This document shows, one piece after another, positions 61,547 to 64,000 of a stretch of 64,000 nt of DNA. Source of the stretch: Camelus dromedarius. Lineage: Eukaryota. The translations under genes and the position numbers were made by a program. The stretch covers positions 104,720,001 to 104,784,000 of the forward strand of contig NC_087436.1 in assembly GCF_036321535.1 (NCBI RefSeq). The letters are read 5' to 3'. Each line of letters starts with the position of its first letter. The first letter of the stretch is position 1. The notes beneath the pieces were generated by a model. That model saw nothing but the letters and a program-made list of their open reading frames with translations, did not search any database and had not been told where the DNA came from.

Positions 61547-62639
61547 TCTGATTCTCCACAGTATGTCATTCTCCTCCTGTGTGAGGTGAGGGGTGTGGAG
61601 CTAGGTTCCACGTTCTAGCCCTGGCCCTTCACCCCCAGCTGAGTGACCTTGGCCAAGCCTCTTGGTCTCCCCTGACCCCAGATGCCTCCCAGGTAGAACA
61701 AGAGGGTTTGGATTAATTTAGTGGTTTCCAACTGTGCTCACACCAAAAGCCTCCACTTAGAAAGATCCTTCAGACATTAATGTCCTTGATGAAGTAGTAA
61801 ATTGTCTTCCCTCTTTGTAGAAATCAATCGTAGATCTGTAATTGCAATCACTTTTGATCAGCATAATATACAGTAAGAAGGAGCGACACCTCCAGCCCCA
61901 ATGGCTAAAGGTTTAGCCTGCATGGTTTGGTCATTGGTAAATGCATGCTTTCTCTCAGGTATCAAAATATTGAGAGCAGTTCTTAGATCTTCATTCCTAC
62001 CTCGATGGAATTCTGTCTCTAACCCACCCCAAGAAGTCTTGGGATCCACTGGGCTCAAAGCTTTCTATGACCCTCTGGTTCTAAAATTCTGAAGGAGGTG
62101 AATCCTGTGATCTTCCTCAGGGTAAATATTTGAGGCTTCATCTACTGGTCAATCCCAAAGCTTGTGTTTAAGAATGTGGCTTGTAATCTTAGCACTTCAA
62201 ACCGAGAACCTAAAGCTAAAGGCAAAAAGCTAAAGAAACAAAAGGCTAAAGACAGTCACTGAAACAGGGATTTAAAGCCATGTCATTTATTTGGGAGGTG
62301 ATGTGGGAAGAGGGAAGGGGGACAGGCAAAAGAAGGAAGCCAGTTAAGGGATGTTAATAAGTGGATTGTTGCTGTGTAGATCTGGGGCTCAGTCCCACAG
62401 TGGGTCGTTTCCCCAGCTCCCAGCCCCTGCTGGTTGGGGGCTGCTCCTTGGGGCTGACTCCCTGGTGATTCTGATTTGTCCCTTGAGTACACGGTCAGAG
62501 ACTGAGGATGTGTCAGTTTCCTGGGAGCTGTCCACAGCTGACCTCTAGGGTAGGTGGAGGGGATGTTAGTGGAACACCAGCAGCTTTTCCAGGGAGACTA
62601 AACATAAAGCATTTTCCTGTTAAAAGCCACAACAATATC

Positions 62640-63150
62640 CATCCATTCATTCACTAAGTACTGATTGTCAGGTGCTGCTCTGAGTGCACGGATGTGTCAG
62701 TGAACAAGAGGGACATGGACCTTGCTTTTGTGGAGTGTATTTTCCAACAGGAGATGCAGCGAACACATAAGATACATGATAGATAAGTGAATTATACATA
62801 GTATTACAGAATAACATTCACAATAAATGTGTGAGCTCTACAGTGCTGGTGGGGGGTGGGAGGGGTTGAGGGTGCCAGGTTCTGTGTGGAGAGGTTGCAG
62901 TTTTAAATGTGGAGATTAGGGGACCCTCTTTGAGAAAAGGTTTGAAGAAGGTGATAGAAGAAGCCATGGAGAAATTTGGTGGGAGAGAATTCAAGGTGGA
63001 GAAAACACTTTTTGAGGTGGAAACACACACAGGCCTGATGTGTTCCTGGAGTAGTGAGAAGGTCGTTGTGCCTGGAGCAGAGAGAACAGGAGAGAAAGGA
63101 AGAGATATGAAGTCGGTGGTGGGAGAGGCCAGATCATGGAGGATGTCCTG
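62640..63150 (-). mobile_element. L2 3' end
   Basis: CATTCATTCA..AAGTA.TGA..CAGGTGCTG.TCT..CAGTGAACAAGA and GGGAGAGGCCAGATCATGGAGG motifs. Confidence 0.7.
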
Positions 63151-63159
63151 AAGTGGGGT

Positions 63160-63552
63160 GTATAAGTTATCCATTCTTTGTAACTAATTACCATATACTT
63201 AACAGCTTAAAACTGTGCAAAATATTGTCTGTTTCCTGGGTCAATAGTCTGGGTATGGGTTATCTTGATCCTCTGTTCTGGGCCTCACCTGGATGAAACC
63301 AAGGTGTCAGCTGGGGCTGTGATCTCAGAACCCTGAGCTCAGGGTCCTCTCCCAGGCTCACCAGTTGTTGGCAGAATTTATATCCTTGTGGTTGCGGGAC
63401 CAAGATCCCATTTTCTTGCCAGCTGTTGGCCACATTTTATTTTACTCATCTCTCTAAATATCCTGTCTTCACATACAGTCACATTCTGAGATGCCGGGGA
63501 TTAGGAATTCAACCTATGAATTTTGAGGGGACACAATTGAGCCCATCCCACC
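63160..63552 (-). mobile_element. MaLR LTR (MLT1/MST-like)
   Basis: GTAAC.AATTACCA..ACTTA..AGCTTAAAAC..CAAGGTGTCAGC..GGGCTG..CAGTCACATTCTGAG..GGGATTAGGA.TTCAAC.TATGAATTTTG.GGGGACACAATT.AGCCCAT. Confidence 0.8.
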
Positions 63553-64000
63553 TATGTTTGTGTAATGGTGTTAGGCATTCTAGGGGCTAGAGAAGCAACC
63601 TCCCTCACTTGTCTTCCCCTTCCTTTACTGGACACACATGCAGGAGGCCAGGGCCTCGGGGACTTGCTGTACCATGTTCTCTGCTATTAACTCACTGCAA
63701 TTATTCTCATCATTACTGAAAACCACTGTGTTTGGCAAGAGCTGGTGCGACATTAATAGGGAGCCCTAACAGGTCAAGGAGTCATGTGTCTTGTCAGTGG
63801 AGAACAGGAGTGACCCTTCTGAGATTCTCAGTCCGCTGCCTGACTTGTTCTCCAAAGCCACAGGCTGAACCTTCAAAAGGCAGGGACTGGCAAAAACCAA
63901 GTCCTGCTCTCTTTGTTACAAAAACCAAATGATGGTTTTGTGCTTGGGTATCTTACGTTTGCAATGTGAGTCCACATTGAGTGGAAGCACAAATAAAAAT

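Noticed and set aside
1..64000. CRISPR arrays, operons, rRNA, snRNA/snoRNA or prokaryotic defence systems
   Set aside because: The sequence is mammalian repeat-rich DNA; I saw no regularly spaced repeat-spacer arrays and no recognisable structural RNA genes.

Overview
Mammalian non-coding DNA, very probably camelid (alpaca/llama/camel). Three tRNA-Ala(AGC)-derived SINEs of the camelid vic-1 type are present, and I saw no Alu, B1, Bov-tA/BovB, PRE1 or Can-SINE elements. I found no credible protein-coding exon; the six-frame ORFs are chance ORFs or transposon remnants. A CpG-island promoter at the left edge (~430-1030) probably drives a minus-strand gene that leaves the window, and it sits between the two arms of a diverged ~290-bp inverted repeat. 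The remaining ~63 kb looks like upstream/intergenic sequence rich in old repeats (L2, MIR, MaLR MLT/MST, LTR16-like, MER5, a Zaphod-like hAT transposase remnant, L1M) and younger lineage-specific L1 3' ends, SINEs and ERV1-type solo LTRs, one nested inside another. Unique stretches carry candidate regulatory motifs: an AP-1 cluster, three CTCF motifs (one apparently created inside an LTR), IRF/HNF1 sites and a tandem E-box. I cannot support a wholly new biological system here. The inverted repeat around the promoter is the most unusual structure. Repeat family names and most boundaries are recognised by eye and are approximate.
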